Source of the DNA: Hormiphora californensis
Taxonomy: Eukaryota; Animalia; Ctenophora
Reading direction: 5' to 3'
DNA: 64,000 nucleotides
Assembly (NCBI GenBank): GCA_020137815.1
Contig: CM035358.1
Span: 3,100,001-3,164,000 of the forward strand
The notes under the pieces are model-generated. The model was given only the letters and a program-made list of their open reading frames with translations, did not search any database and was not told the origin of the DNA. Positions 24,630 through 36,507 of the stretch are shown one piece after another (the first letter of the stretch is position 1; each line of letters starts with the position of its first letter). The position numbers and the translations under genes are program-made.

Positions 24630-25406
24630 CTAGAAAATGACGTCAGCAAGTTGGTCCTGTTCAGTAGGAGTCTCCTCGTCTGGTAACTCGTCTGAAATGG
24701 TGGTGTTATCAGCTGTAGTGTCTGCTGTACTGTCTGTTGTAGTTTCTGTCTGACTGTCTGTTGGTGTGTCCGTCTGATTGTCTGTGATCTGTGACTCAGT
24801 GGTCTGATCTCCAAGGGTAGCCATGTCAATGTCTCCATCCTCCACAACAGTCAACTCCTCAGGAATGGGGTCAGACTCTTCAGGGACAGTAGCTGCAGTG
24901 GTACTGTCTTCAGCCACACTAGGATCAGTGGCTTCAGTTGCCACACTACTAGCAGGGGTGGCAGTGGTTGGGGTGGTGATCTCTTCAGTAGTACTAGTAG
25001 GAGGACTGGTCTCTTCAGTCACTGGAGAGCTAGTTGCCTCACTAGTTACAGGAGGTGTTTGTGTGGGTTCCATCATGGACCCCTCCCTAGGCTCCAGTAG
25101 ACCCTCTCTAGGTAGATCATACCCTGGTTTCACGTCTATAAACTGTTTAGGAGAGCCAGGGAAGAACTCATCTGGCATATCCCCCTCTCCCTCATACACA
25201 GCCACTTTAACAGCCTCCTCATCCTGGCCTTGGGGGAAGAACTTACCAGAGGGAGGGGTAGCAAACTCCCTGAATTTAATGGTACTTCCGGTTTTGTTAG
25301 CTGTGAAGGAGAGACTGAAGGAGTAGTCTGTGAACATCATGAACACCATGAACGTTACTGTGAATACTGTTAGCACTGCCAACAGGCGCTGTTTCTCTGT
25401 TCTCAT
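24630..25406 (-). CDS. Orphan type II membrane protein with an acidic Thr/Ser/Pro mucin-like ectodomain (258 aa, single coding exon)
   Basis: MRTEKQR plus hydrophobic LLAVLTVFTVTFMVFMMF, then a T/S/E/P-rich chain. A splice acceptor TTTGCAG lies about 37 nt upstream of the ATG, and a candidate 5'UTR donor lies near 26040. Confidence 0.7.
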   Translation of the reverse strand: MRTEKQRLLAVLTVFTVTFMVFMMFTDYSFSLSFTANKTGSTIKFREFATPPSGKFFPQGQDEEAVKVAVYEGEGDMPDEFFPGSPKQFIDVKPGYDLPREGLLEPREGSMMEPTQTPPVTSEATSSPVTEETSPPTSTTEEITTPTTATPASSVATEATDPSVAEDSTTAATVPEESDPIPEELTVVEDGDIDMATLGDQTTESQITDNQTDTPTDSQTETTTDSTADTTADNTTISDELPDEETPTEQDQLADVIF

Positions 25407-25774
25407 TATAACTCTCTCATCTCCAACTGTCGCGACGAGGGGCCTGCAAATAAAATTCTGCATTATGAAGGAGTAACAGGATAATTTGATAAAGGAGCAT
25501 AGGAGAACGGCCGTATCGGGGTGATGGGAAAAAGAGTTAAAAACATTTCAACTCACATATTATTTTTCTCTAACTGGAGGGTTTACTTACAACTCTAACA
25601 ACAACTGGAAAGGTAATCACGAAAGAAATGGCTATTTTTGTGCTGCTAGAGATGGTTTTAACAATCCCCCTCCTATGATCAGGTCTATTTAAGTCATTGA
25701 ATCACCCCCTGCTACAGCTGTCATACTGTGCTTGTACCTTGGACCCGGTCCAGGGGAGCTTATTAATAAAGAGG

Positions 25775-25861
<87 letters not shown>

Positions 25862-26949
25862 ACTTGGTAAAGAATGGAATTTGAAACTGCATGTCCTAAT
25901 TTAGGGCGGGGTTGACAAAGGTAAAAATGCTCATTCCTCCGAAGTAGAACAACCATGTCTTTTGATGAAGTCATTGTTTACCCGCGGTATTCAATATTCA
26001 ATAATAAATCATATCTATCTCGTAACATACCGTAACATACCGATCCTGAATTGACAATCACAAATCTATCATGTCTTCTCCACTGTCTCCAGATTTTAAA
26101 ACGATTTGTTGAAAGTTCTGAGTAAATGTTGCTTCGGAATAAATGTTTCTTTTTCTAAATGAACCGGCCCGGCTTTTATCAAAAAGTGAATATTACTTCA
26201 AACGATTCTCATTTCATGAAACATTGAAACTCTATCTCTCGTTATCATTTTTCACCCCCTAAATTCATTATCTGCCCATATAAGCATGATAATAATATTC
26301 TCAAACATCTCCTCATGTCTTTTCTCCTTCTCACTCTTTTCTTCATTCTCCAACCGCCCTTTTAGGAAGCTGCACTGATTATCTCTTCTACTAAACTAAA
26401 AGACTCTCTTCTTGAATGGAGTGGCGGGCCGGTGGGGGGGGGGGAGCTAGCACACTAGCTGAAATGTGCTATTTCTACATAATATAATTCAGCATGCATG
26501 TTACACACACACCACGCATTATGTAATGATATATTAGGGGGATGTAAGCAAAGTGTGAGTCTTCACGGTAGAATATCTGCGGGGACAGCAGCTGGGGCGC
26601 TGGACTAAAAAACACTGGGAGACTGTCAAAAAACAGCCATTACACAAACAAAAATTGACGGCTGCAGGACAGGAAATAAGACACTACATGGGTATTATAC
26701 ATGACTCTGTAACAGCTATATATCGCTGTATGATATTATGATGATATCTGTTATAGTGTATGTAATTGAGTGCAGCAGTGATACAGATGATGATCTGAAA
26801 GAGTCAAATCATAGAGAGGTGGTGATCCGAATATTATTACAGCTGATCTGTAAAACATCATCAACCGTTTAAGATCATATTCTACTCTGCTGCATTTCTT
26901 TTCTCTCGTTGTGTATTATATTTTGCATTGATACTGTGTTTTGATTCTC

Positions 26950-29900
26950 AGATCAGTAGGGCCCTAAAAGGACAATGGGGGTTGAACCAATGTCTTTTGG
27001 GGTTTAAACAAAAGATCTTGCCATTTAGAGGTTTGGGGTTGGTGGACCGTCATGAAGTGGTCCGTTAACCCAAATCACCCGTAGTCTCGTGTCAGGTTTT
27101 TTATAAAAACGCATCCTTCTTTCTCTTCTTCTCCTCCCTTTCTCTCCTTTTCTCTCTTTCCTCCCTTTTTTTCTCCTTTTTCCCTCTCCCTTTCTTCTCC
27201 CTTTTTCCCCTTTCCTCCTCTCTCTCTCTCTTCTCTTCTCCTTCCCGCGGGGTGTAACAAATAACGGTGTTTCCCCCTTGGAAAAGGACTAAAGTTCCGA
27301 AGCTCTGGGGAGGGTTTTGGGGCGGTGGGGGAAAAGGATGAGGCGAATTTTTTTTTTAAAAAATAATCCCTTCCTGTTTTGGGGAGTGGAGGGGATCCAT
27401 GAGAAATTAAAAAATCCGGTGGTAAAAGTGTAGTTTTATTAAAAATATTCGGGGGGGTGTGTGGTGTCAGGGGTATAATTACATTCTGTGGTAGACCCAC
27501 CCCCCAAAGAGAGAACAAACCAACTTGTTTTTGGCGAATGTATTGATAGGAGTTTAATACCGGCTAAAATTAAAAATACCCAAAATTTAAAGGACTTTTT
27601 TATCCTAAAAGCATAGACAATAACGACGACAAGGACCCACCCCTAAAACCCTTTAGTCAAAAACCACCAAACACGGGAAATCCCCCCTTAATAAAAAAAA
27701 TAACCGGTTAAAAGCACCAGGGAGAAAATGCCCAATTATAAAAAGGAATTTTACCCCCGTCATTTCCGGGAATCAATATTTAGTGCAATTCAAAAAACTC
27801 CCGGATCTTTTAAATGTGGGGCACAGCCCCTCATCTCTTTCATTCTGAGAATCCCATGTAGGGGGGAGACAGCGGCCAAACTTTTATCTTTTGATCTGTG
27901 TGTGAAGTCGAGCGGGTTTCTTCCCTCTCTCACTTTTTTCCCCAAATGGCCTTAACGAAGAAAAATTAAAAAAAAAATTTTAAAGGCAAATTTAGGGAAA
28001 TTACAGAAGGGGCATTAAAGAAAAAGAGAGAGAAAAAACCCCCGCTGTCGACAAGTACAACGAGGCTCCGGATTTAACCGCTTTCCATGGGCCGAAAAGA
28101 GAAAATAAAAAGGGAAGGAAGAGAAAAGAGGGGAGAGGAAAAACCCAAAGGGAAGGGAAAAAGAAAAAGGGAAAAGAGGGAAGAGGGGGGGGAATTAGGT
28201 TGGGTGGGCGATATGGGCACAAAATGAAAATCATTTAAAAATAATTAATGGAAAAAGTTTCTTGTTTTTTTGTTTTGTTTTTTTGAAAAGGGGTGAACGT
28301 GTTGTTAAAAACACTAAAAAACAGAGCTGTGCCCGGTGGGTATTCGACATGGACCCTTGGTTTTTTCGGTGGTTGGGGTGTACCGTGTGGTGAACCAAAA
28401 AAAAGGGGTGGTGTTTTACGGTTTAAAATTGAAAAAACAAAAAGGTACCAGTGTGGGGAAATCCTTCAATTTTTATTTTCACAATTCCCCATTCTGAGAA
28501 CCCTTTTGGCCCCCACTCATCCGTCTCTTCCCGGGGCCCCCTTCAAAAATGTCCTTTTTTTCTCTTTCTCCCTAGAAGCATGCTGAGTTACCTACTCAAA
28601 GTTTCGTTTTCTACTACGCACCCCCTGGGGCTGTCAGGGGGGGGGTTTGGGAACCCCTTTAGTAGCTAGGAAAAAAACTGTAGGTAATGAAGTTTGTTCA
28701 CATTACAATGTGTTGGGGGGGGTTTTTTAAAGGGCCCTTTGGCCGGGAAAGCGGGGGGGTTTTTTCGGATTTACTTTTGATCTCTTGGGGGCCCCCTGGC
28801 CCCTGTGTGCCGGGGGCCCCGGCCCCCTTTTCCCCAAAAAAGAAAAACCCGGGGGGTTTTTAAACCCAATAACCCCCCCAAAAAAAAACCCCAGGGCGCA
28901 TGCGGTGGGAAGGGAAGTGGTGTCCTAATTGGTACAAAACCCCTTCCCCCCAAAAGAGATTTCGTTTTCATAGCCAGTCAGTTTTTGGGGGGTTAAGAGG
29001 AAGAGAAAAGAGAGAGAGAGAAAAACGAAAAAGGGGAAGAGATTTAAACCCCCGTTAATTTTGGGGTGGGGGGGCCAACGGGGGCGTTTAAAGGGTAAGG
29101 GGAGCAAATTTACTTACCGCCTTTTAGATGATAACGGTGAACCTACCCGGGAGGCATTTTTTTAAAGGGGGAAAAGGAGAGGGGGAGAAGGGGGAAAAAT
29201 CGAGGGAAGGGGGCCGCAGCGGAGGAAAATGCACACCCCCCCGCCCAACCCACCCCCCCTTTTGAAGCGCGGGGCAAAAAAAGAGGGAGAGGCCACCGGG
29301 GAAAGGCCCAAAAGACCGAAGGGGAGACAAGGAGATGAGGGGGGGATAGGCGACCGGCGGGAAAGGGGGAAACGGAGAAAAGCAAGAAGGGGAGGGAGAG
29401 AGGGGCCCCGAAAGTCAGGTCGGAATCGCCCTAAAGAGGGGGGGAGGAAACAAAAGAGCCCCGAAAGAAGAGGGTGAGGCCTAAAAAAGGAAAAGGGGGG
29501 GGAAAAGGGGGGGGGGAGGAGAGAGAGTGAGGAGAGAGGAAAAAGACACAGAGAGAGAGAAGAGAGAGAGGAAAAAGGATGTTTAGTTTAGGCGCAAAAA
29601 GGAAATTTTCCCACGCCCGAAAAACTAGAATTACACCCACAAAGGAAAAAAAAAAAAACATCGATCAGGGGGGACCCCCTTTTTCACTGTTTAAAATGGG
29701 AAAGGTTTGTTTAAAAGGGGGGGCCCGGGCTGGGCCCGGGGTCCCGGGGTCTTTTTTCCCAGTTTGGACTATCTTTGGGGGGGGGGGGGGGTTTTTTGTC
29801 CCCGGAAAAGGGTTTTTAAACTCTTTCCCGCCCCTCAATTTTCTTAAAATTACGAACCATTTGTCAAAAGAACCCTAATTTTAACCCCCCCCTTTCAAAT

Positions 29901-30120
29901 CTTCCCCCGGAAACTCCCCTTTTTTTAGCCTCCCACAAAAAGGAAAAAAAGGGTTTTTCCTAAAGCCCAATACAGAAAGGTTTTTCCTTCCCATTGGGTT
30001 TTGGGGGGGGGGGAATTGGGGGGGGATATTGAAAGGCTTCAAACTTCCCATTTTCCCCCCCACATTGCATTATTTTTTTCCCCCCCACTTTGGTTTGTTT
30101 TACGGGAAGTTTAAAACAAT
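26950..30120. other. Probable low-quality, unpolished assembly segment
   Basis: Abrupt switch to extreme homopolymer-run density (GGGG/CCCC/AAAA/TTTT) with degraded microsatellites, returning to normal composition after about 30120. Confidence 0.75.
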
Positions 30121-30574
30121 TTTAAGAGTCAATTATAGCTTTTCTCTGTCTCTCTATCTTTTTCTCTCCGTCTCTATTATTAACGGTTGGTATTTCCGGG
30201 CCGCTTGTACAAGAGAAGAACACTCACAAATAAGATAAATAGAGAAAGGGGAGGAGAGAGAGAGAAAGAGAGGGAGAGAGAGATATGTAAAATTATCCGG
30301 TATGCTTTTATGCGAGTTGAGAGGTAGAATATATGCGTGGAAGTGAAACATCAATTTTCTTGCATGAGGTGGATAAATTATGCATGCTTTTCCTCTTATT
30401 TCTCACTCTTCATCTCCCCTCTCTCAGTCTCTCTCCCTCTCTCTCTTTCTTTGCTGGGTTTTCTTTCCTCCTTCATTTACCCCCCATGTTCTCAGGATAG
30501 TTAACAAACAAGACAAGCTTTTAGCGACGATATTCCTTTTACTAACACAACTACAACCATCGTTTTTCTCTATC

Positions 30575-30656
<82 letters not shown>

Positions 30657-31122
30657 CCTCAACTTTGTTTGTTATTCCAGTGTTCAAGAAACTGTGCCGT
30701 GTTTACACACTTACTACACCACGAACTGACGAACATCCATCATGATAGTCAGGGCCCGGGTTACCGGCTAAGGTGACAAACAGATAGGTACAACCGTCCC
30801 CGGCAAGAAGCGTTGATACCACAGAGGCCCAAGTGGAGTTGTCTCGGTTTGTTTAGTGTTGCCATGGTGACTGTACGTGTCTCCAACCTCTCTCCTACGT
30901 ACCTCATTTATGTTTTTTCTATCTCTCTCTCCTACCTCTTCCATGGAAGCTCTTTGTCTCTCAAGCCGCTCAAGACTCGATCTGTCTGTCTGTCTGTGGA
31001 TGTGTGTTACAGCTGTCTGTCCCTTCTTGTATTTAGCTGTGTTAGCAGATCACGTAACCCATCAAGAGAGAGATAGAGAGAGAAAGAAGGATAGAGAAAT
31101 AGAGGGAGAGAAAGGGGCAGAG

Positions 31123-31191
<69 letters not shown>

Positions 31192-31756
31192 GAGACACAG
31201 AGAAACAGAGAGGGAGAGAGACATCTAGAGTGTGCAGTAGACTGTGCGTGTAATACGAGATCTAGAAGCCTTACAATGTACCACCTACATCATCACATAC
31301 ACACTGGGGGGTATATGAAATCCTAAATACTGTGGGTTTGTGGTAGTTCTGCTGAAACTGTGACTATAAAATTTACAGAAGATAGTTTCTTGGGAACCAT
31401 GGGAACATTTAAATTACAGAGGAGGGGCCAGGAGATAGTATCTAGACAGTGCAAGTATCTCCCCCTTTTTACTGGTTGGGGTTGGTATTGGTGGCCGTAC
31501 GAACAGTAAAGGGTTGGGCACTTTCTGTTAAATGGTTGCTGCAGTTTAACTAGTTCTTAGTTAGTGAAGTAAGCAGTGAAATACATGCACTTTAGCAGGT
31601 ATCCCAACAAGCTGTCGTTGTGAACGATGTTGAATTGTGCATCTGTGTCACACCCTACCTCTCTCTACTTCTCTACTTCTCTATCTCTCTCTCTCTCTAT
31701 CTCTCTATCTCTCTCTCTCTCTATCTCTCTATCTCTCCCCCCTCTCTATCTCTTTC

Positions 31757-31825
<69 letters not shown>

Positions 31826-31969
31826 TCGCCCACCAAATGTTGCCTTACCAAGTTTCCCAAAAAAGAAACAGCACAGAATTGAATTGCCGAATTGGCCTTG
31901 ATTTGTGCCTTTCTCCTCAAATTCACTGGTTCTGTTGGTCTTGTGTGGATGTGCTACACGTGACAGGCG

Positions 31970-32100
<131 letters not shown>

Positions 32101-33775
32101 ATAGAGAATGTTGACAGGTTGTTGCATGCGGGTGTGGCAAAGTGAACCAAACTTGTTAAATGGACCAGGAGGATAGTAAAACCCTGCGAGACCACCAGGG
32201 CTGCTAAACGTGTGGACATGAACGTGTGACAGTTCATGAGATAAGTCATGGGAGAGGGTTGAATAGACACATGATATGGATTGTATAATGACCATTCACC
32301 ACCGAATAACCGAGTGTGTGCTGTACTTTTCGAGAGAGAGATAATTGTAGTTGTCTACAACTATTAGAGAGACAGGCCAAGTACAGCACACACACTGTCC
32401 ATATTAAGTTCATTAAGTTACACATTGGTTAAGGGGTTGTTTGAACAAGGATTGTATATATGTTTCACAGGTGCCAGCACAATATATCTCTCACTGATCA
32501 CACACACAACACTACCAATATATTCCCCGTAATATATAGTCTCGTGTTATAGTAGAAGATGTCATATAGAATAAAACATGATAGCTTCCAGAATGACACA
32601 AGAGAAAATAACTACAGGATATATTCAATCTCTTCCACTTCATTTTTTAGTTCCAAAAACATCACAATATATATTCAGGGTCGGGAAACAAAACTTGGGA
32701 GGTTGGGCTTAGCACACTATTTGATATCTAACTACCACCACACACTGTATAGATCTGTGCGGAGGTGGCAGTAATCTCTTGTTAGCACACACGTTAAAAC
32801 TCTTTGCATAGAAAAAACGAGTTAAAAAGTGAGAGGTTTTTATTTGTGTTGTAGCAATAGCTTGGATTATATTTAGCGGATTATTTAGCAGCTTCATTCA
32901 CTAGCAAGAAGTTTTCATTTTCACAGCTATCACACACACGTTATCTCACTGTGCTTCACTCATCACGTGCTAGTTTTTTTTTTCGGTTTCACACACACAC
33001 ACACACACACACGCACGCACTGCAGTAGCGGTCAGCAGGGTTTTGTTGGTTTGGCGGATTGTCCACCTGTACCCTACACATGCAGTGTACAGGTGCACAC
33101 TTAACGGGTCAACTTAACAAAATCTGACCTATCTTGAACATATTGGAGCTAGTATAAAGGAGGTAGGAGGAAATGGTCAGATTTTGTTAGTTACATTGTT
33201 TAGGCTACACAGGCCTGGATGGATTTAACTTTTCGGTTGCAAAACACACACACACACGAACCTACACACACACACACACACTGGGATTATGATGAGATCA
33301 TCATCACACAGGTTTTAATATACCAAGCTCTAGCTACACCACAACAAGTCAGGAGGTGAAACATATACAATATACGAGGGGGGGGGGGTGCTATATGACT
33401 CTCTCTTGATTGTAAGGGGATAAAAACGTACGGTCTCAAATTCAAATACAGTCAAATATACACAACGACAATGTTCTCTCCCTCTCTCAGCTGGAGCTGA
33501 GGAGAAAAGGAAATACCTCTCTCTCCCTCTGGAGTAGTATAATAGAGAGTACATTATTCCTATAGACAAACCGGGAAGCTGGGGGACATGGGGGGCTAGC
33601 TCTGGTGCTCTCTCTCACTCACACACACAAACACCAATACCTGATCTTACAAGTAACTTGGTATATAAAATTAAAAAATATCGTATTATATTGATGAGAC
33701 ATAATCTCTATTGTTGTGGTTTTGGAATTACACATTCCAGATAATGCTCAAAATAATTAAAGCAATCTCTCTCTT

Positions 33776-33809
<34 letters not shown>

Positions 33810-33987
33810 TCTCTCCCTCTTTCTCTCACATATACACATCTCCTAAAAGTCCAGAGCAAACACCTTTATTCTCACACAAAGTCCAATCTCTCTCTCTCAA
33901 GTCCCTTGGCCAGCTCTTCTCTCGGTTCGTTCAACAATAAATGTTGGTAGGTGGGTAATAACTTATTAATATCACACTCTCTCTCCA

Positions 33988-35067
33988 CTATACCATACTG
34001 AGAGGTGGCATGCCGCTCATCTGTTGGTGACCCATCAGGGCCTGCTGTTGTTGAAGATCCTGGTGACTGTAGATGGGTTTCACGTTACACCCCGCGTCAA
34101 CATGAGACATCATCTTCACCTTCAAATCCTTCACCTCCTCCCTTAGCCCGTGTAGTTGTGAGGACAGGTCGGTGTTCTTCCTCTTCAGAATCTTCACCTT
34201 GTCTTCTAGTTCAGCCTCCTTCTGCAGCTTCCTCTTCCTACATTTACTGGCCGCTATCCTGTTCCTCATCTTCTTTCTCTCAGTCTTCAGACGTTCCTGC
34301 AGCTGGGGGTCCTCTACTTGATGGATAGGGATGTTGGTGTAAATACTCAGCTTCTCAGCAGTTGTCAGATTCAGCTTGTCGAGTGAGTTGGGGTCGGGAA
34401 TGTAGCCGTCCATCTTTGAACTAGAGGGGGCGGGGGCAGGGGCCATCTCGGTGTAGGAAGGCATTGGTTCCGACATGTAGGATGATGTCTGCATGTACTG
34501 AGGTGCGGGAGGTAGAGAGGTTGTGTAACCTCCGTAGCTGGAGACAGGCATCTGGTGTCCATAGTACGGCTGACTGGTAATACACTGGTCGGGCTTGTAG
34601 GCCACTGTGGCATTGGGGTCCATGAAACCAGAGTTAGAACTGGCCGCACTGCTGGCTGCTGTGGTACCGATATTGAAAGTATCAGACTTGAAGTCTTTTT
34701 GCTCGTGGACCACACGAAGAGCCTCAATAAAACTCCTGGCAGGTTCCTGATCATTTAGTGATGTCATGCTGGGTCCCTGTACTGGTACATCCTGGTTATC
34801 GAGGACTGGGGTGGCCAGGAAGTTGCTATCGAACACAGAGTCCCCCGCACAAATCCTATCCAGCTCAGGGGTGTTAATTCCAATCTTCTTCAAGTCAGGA
34901 GAGCAGATTACACTGTTCCACTTACTATCGTCTACTCCAATATTCAGGTTCAGCTTTAGTTGGGGCTTGGCGTCTTGCTCCTCGACAGATGAGGTCGACA
35001 CGCTGGGTTGGGCTGTATGGTCGGGCTTGAAAAATTGTTCTGGCATCTGGGCCATCGCTTGCATCAT
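33988..35067 (-). CDS. jun: Jun / AP-1 bZIP transcription factor, intronless, 359 aa
   Basis: [17 protein letters not shown] (JNK-site region), FIEALRVVH, basic region [19 protein letters not shown], and a leucine zipper ending MSHVDAGC. Confidence 0.95.
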   Translation of the reverse strand: MMQAMAQMPEQFFKPDHTAQPSVSTSSVEEQDAKPQLKLNLNIGVDDSKWNSVICSPDLKKIGINTPELDRICAGDSVFDSNFLATPVLDNQDVPVQGPSMTSLNDQEPARSFIEALRVVHEQKDFKSDTFNIGTTAASSAASSNSGFMDPNATVAYKPDQCITSQPYYGHQMPVSSYGGYTTSLPPAPQYMQTSSYMSEPMPSYTEMAPAPAPSSSKMDGYIPDPNSLDKLNLTTAEKLSIYTNIPIHQVEDPQLQERLKTERKKMRNRIAASKCRKRKLQKEAELEDKVKILKRKNTDLSSQLHGLREEVKDLKVKMMSHVDAGCNVKPIYSHQDLQQQQALMGHQQMSGMPPLSMV

Positions 35068-35209
35068 CTTAGTACTGGGATCAGATGAAGTAGTTTGGTG
35101 GTTGCTTGTAGTTGGGTTACTCAGTTTGATATAGAAACGTGTGTCATTGACAACAAACGACAGAACGCACAACAAGTTTAGGAAAGTTAGAAATGTCTCT
35201 CTCGGTCTC

Positions 35210-35390
35210 GTGTATATGAATCTGTGTGTGCTGCTGCGTGGCTATTTTTAGCCGTGAACTCATTCTGCCCTCCCATTGGCTAAGAGCCTCAGGCGCGCCG
35301 ATTCAATTGCGCTACGTCACGTCACGTGGTGCGCGCGTGACCTTCAACGTCACAACTTACTTCCCTAAAAGGGCATACCAAATATGGTTT
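35210..35390 (-). promoter_or_regulatory. Jun promoter: TATA-like CATATA (about 35213-35218), MEF2 site (35242-35251), TGAGTTCA (35255-35262), CCAAT (35275-35279), TGACGT half-CREs (35314-35324, 35347-35352), Ets GGAAGT (35359-35364), CArG CCATATTTGG (35378-35387)
   Basis: Exact consensus matches clustered 150-320 bp upstream of the Jun ATG. Confidence 0.75.
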
Positions 35391-35719
35391 TAAGGTCAAT
35401 TTTTCACGGTTTTTCGAAGGAACTTCATTTCAGAGGAGATAAGAGGCAGGTGGGCACCTAACCAGCACTGATAAACAGGGTTTAGGGCTTAAATTCGCCA
35501 TTTCATTCAAGTCACGTGGTTTAGGAACATCATCCAACGCGACATTTCAAATTATTCAGTATTTCAGACTGAATTTTGCGCGCGTTTCTAACGCGCAATT
35601 CACAAGTTTGTGGCGCGCGGTACAACATTGGTGCGCGCACTTTAAATTTAAAATTTAAAATTTAAGTTTTTAAATTTTCGTTTTGTGAGATTTTGTGAGA
35701 TTTTGAATTTTTTTTTGTA

Positions 35720-35889
35720 CAGTCGGACCCCGATTTAGGGGCCCCCGATTTAGTGGTACCCCGATTTAGGGACAGGATTTTTCCCCCGATATAGGAAATT
35801 AACTTTATTTGACCCCGATTTAGTGAACACCCCGATTTAGTGGACAAGAGCCTTTCCCCCGAGGGTGTCCCTAAATCGGGGTCCGACTG
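35720..35889. mobile_element. Tc1/mariner (pogo-like) MITE; a 40-bp TIR-only copy at 53471-53510
   Basis: TA|CAGTCGGACCCCGATTTA...TAAATCGGGGTCCGACTG|TA, with internal CCCGATTTAG subrepeats. Confidence 0.88.
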
Positions 35890-36054
35890 TAATTCGGTAG
35901 TGAACCATTTATTTTTAACACTATTAAGCGGTATATTAAATGTATTGATTATTATTATTCTTTTTTTCAAATAATTAGACCATTGTTGTCGATTATTAGC
36001 TATTGACGCTCTGTGACCATTTACTAACCACATTTTGAAGAAAACTAACAAAAA

Positions 36055-36282
36055 TAGTGAACCATAATAAAGTTCAAGAGCCTCCAAGAGCGGACCCTAT
36101 CCAAGAAGAGACCACAATCAAATGCGCACCACATCCAAGAGAGCGTGCGACCTCTTCTGCGTGTGGTATCCCTTACCCGCGGTCTCTTCTGGATGGGGTG
36201 CTCTCCTGCTCCTCGTGCGCTTTTGGACTTGGTCTGCTCTTGGAGGCTCTTGGAGGCTCTTGAACTTTATTATGGTTCACTA
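36055..36282. mobile_element. Palindromic MITE
   Basis: TAGTGAACCATAATAAAGTTCAAGAGCCTCCAAGAGC...GCTCTTGGAGGCTCTTGAACTTTATTATGGTTCACTA. Confidence 0.8.
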
Positions 36283-36507
36283 TGAGCGGCGAGCAACTTC
36301 CTACTCCTATTGGAATCTTAATATATCATCGGAAAAGCATGCAAAAACGTTGTCTGGTAAGGTAGATAAATAAAAAGAAATATACATAATAGATTTACAA
36401 AAGCTTCGTATGGGGATTTTATTGCTTGTGACTTTTGTGCTAGTTTATTGTGATATGAAGCGTCCTTTATCTTTGGTCAATTTCACTAAATGTTGAAGTA
36501 CACTTCC

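Noticed and set aside
27075-30063. Lys/Gly/Pro/Phe-rich ORFs
   Set aside because: Products of homopolymer runs in a probable low-quality segment.
35068-35175. 36-aa N-terminal extension of Jun in the ORF track
   Set aside because: It starts at a non-ATG codon. The first ATG is at 35067 and the extension is probably 5'UTR.
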